From positions 27,342,001-27,406,000 of the forward strand of contig OX597838.1 in assembly GCA_951406725.2 (NCBI GenBank): a stretch of DNA of 64,000 nt. Reading direction: 5' to 3'. A program made the translations under genes and the position numbers. Below, in pieces: positions 62,111 to 64,000 of this stretch (position 1 is its first letter; the number at the start of each line of letters is the position of its first letter). The stretch comes from Octopus vulgaris (taxonomy: Eukaryota). The notes under the pieces were generated by a model that saw only the letters and a list, made by a program, of their open reading frames with translations, was not told the DNA's origin and ran no database searches.

Positions 62111-62925
62111 ATCTACGTATGTGTGTCTTCACCCATCTGTTATCCTTCATACTCATCATACGTTCAGACCAAGATAGACTTCATTAAATATCTTTGTTAG
62201 CGGTGGATGGTGGTGAGTAGGGGGGGAGTCATTGCCCTGGCTATAAGCGTGTCCACCACAACCACAACCACCACTACCACTACCACCACCTAGACTAGTG
62301 AGATTGATGCCGTTCTCTTTGTGTGTCTGCATGATGCGTTTGTGTGTGAGTAATGTGTTAAGTAAAAATATTCCCAGTTAACCCCCACCCTCCCACACGT
62401 TATGGAAGAAGTTGGCCCCATTTGATTAAATAGAAATCACAAAAAAAAAAAGCACCAGACTAACAGTACCGGGTTTAGTATAATCGATATGAAACCTTTG
62501 AAGGCAGTGCCCCAGCATGGCCACAGCTGAAAGACTAAAACCAGTCAGAGAAAGGAATATGTAAGGCTAACAGATTTTAATTTTTCAGTTAGAATTTCTC
62601 CTTTTTTCTTCCTCCCATCAGCTTTTTGTCTTTTTTTTTTTTTTTTTTTATCGCAGACCCCCATCTAAGGTTTTGGTTCGCTGGACTAATGCAAAATTTT
62701 ACTTTATAAAACTTTCTAAACTTTATATAATGGTTAAAACTGCCTTCTGGCACACATGCAGTATGTGTGTGACATTGCATACCAATGTGACTGCAATTTC
62801 TTTCTTTCTTGTTTTTTTTTACTTTTGTTTTTGTGCCTTTTGAGGTCACTGACTTTTCATGGATGTTGTCATTGTCAGACACACAATATCATCTTTTCTG
62901 TCTATCTGTCTCTGCCTCTCTCTCT

Positions 62926-62967
<42 letters not shown>

Positions 62968-63039
62968 TGGATGCTCATCCCTGTCCAGACTTTTACTTCT
63001 TCAGCCACTGGTTGATTCTAGAGGAAAGACAGCAACTGT

Positions 63040-63320
63040 ATGAAAACTAACATAATATGTATAGAATAAAGGACGAAGCTCTTTTCCAAGACACATGGAC
63101 CCATAGGACAGGCTTCCTGGATTCTTTGGTTTTATATGCTCCACCTCCGGATGGGATGCTGGCCCATCGCAGGAATACTCATATTTGCTCACTGAATGGA
63201 CGAGAGCAATGTGAAATGAAGTGTTTTGCTCAAGAACACAATGTATTGCCTAGGCCACAAACTGAAACCATAATCTTGCAATTTTAAGTCCAACACTAAG
63301 CTCTGAGCTATGCACTTCCA
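63040..63320 (-). mobile_element. SINE head D-like, variant body
   Basis: gtgaaatgaagtgttttgctcaagaacacaa reverse head; body as 59160-59357. Confidence 0.55.
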
Positions 63321-63574
63321 CTGTGTGTGTGTGTGTGTGTGTGTGTGTATCTGTCTGTCTGTCTTTCGTTGGTGTGACATGAGAATTGACAAAACTAGGA
63401 ACTTCCAAGGCCTCAGGTTTTAATTTGGAGATTTCCTTCTCCTAGGTAGATTACCGACCAAGGTTAAAGAGCTTCTACCTGCCCATGAGTTAGGCTACTC
63501 CGTGCCAGACATCAAACCAACACCCAAACGCTCCACAGAGTGATTAAATATCATTCCGGTGTCCGATGTGGAGC

Positions 63575-63800
63575 AGCTCACACATGCATAAAGAAATCTA
63601 ACAGAGGCCTCGAAAAACATTTTAGGATGCACAAAGATCAAAACTTAACTGCAGCTCTTGGTGGTCCAAATCGGATATGCAATCTATGTGGGTGTCTTTT
63701 CAATACATTGTCTGGTTTAAAAAGCCATATCAGATGCCATGGTGGAACTAAGGTGTAAGTACAAGAGATGGGCAGACTCTGCATAAGGAGGAGACAATCA
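63575..63800 (+). mobile_element. RTE-clade LINE 3' end with C2H2-like zinc finger
   Basis: RGLEKHFRMHK...ICNLCGCLFNTLSGLKSHIRCH; homologous to the reverse complement of 23730-23930; followed by a microsatellite. Confidence 0.75.
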
Positions 63801-63845
63801 CCATGCATGCATGCATGTATGTATCTATCTATCTGTCTGTCTGTC

Positions 63846-63877
<32 letters not shown>

Positions 63878-64000
63878 GAGATAGATAGACAGATAAATAA
63901 ACACATACACACACACACAAACATGTAGAGGCCCATGGCCTAGTAGTTAGTGTTGAGCTCCTGATCATGACCACTAAGCCATGCACCTCCACAACATATT

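Noticed and set aside
63540-63758. Host C2H2 zinc-finger exon
   Set aside because: Homologous to the 3' end of the RTE fragment at 23730-23930, so it is a LINE ORF terminus.
1493-63916. Numerous 60-190-aa ORFs rich in YI/HT/CV/LS repeats
   Set aside because: They are translations of (TA)n, (CA)n and (CT)n microsatellites and of SINE bodies; the same pseudo-peptides recur with each SINE copy.

Overview
This is AT-rich, repeat-saturated eukaryotic non-coding DNA with no recognisable host protein-coding exon in 64 kb. It is most likely part of a very long intron or an intergenic region. The SINE and microsatellite repertoire resembles octopus (coleoid cephalopod) DNA, which is an inference from memory and not a search result. 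The window holds dozens of tRNA-derived SINEs built from interchangeable head and tail modules (informal labels A-F here), RTE-clade LINE fragments, non-autonomous DNA transposons (hAT, mariner, TTAA/piggyBac-like MITEs, Helitron, Helentron-like) and many (TA)n/(CA)n tracts. Nearly all ORFs in the track are microsatellite or SINE artefacts. Five observations stand out. (1) Seven ~190-bp elements abut TA tracts and carry minimal type-I hammerhead-ribozyme motifs, one subfamily with a non-canonical CUGU core. (2) Several sequence-unrelated long hairpin inserts sit in (TA)n tracts, some with hammerhead cores, suggesting Penelope-like retroelement remnants. (3) A strong candidate recursive splice site (branch point, polyY, CAG|GTAAGT) lies at 30051/30052. 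(4) A four-level nested transposon has verifiable target-site duplications. (5) A tandem array is made of internally deleted SINE units. Repeat boundaries are approximate unless a TSD or TIR is quoted.
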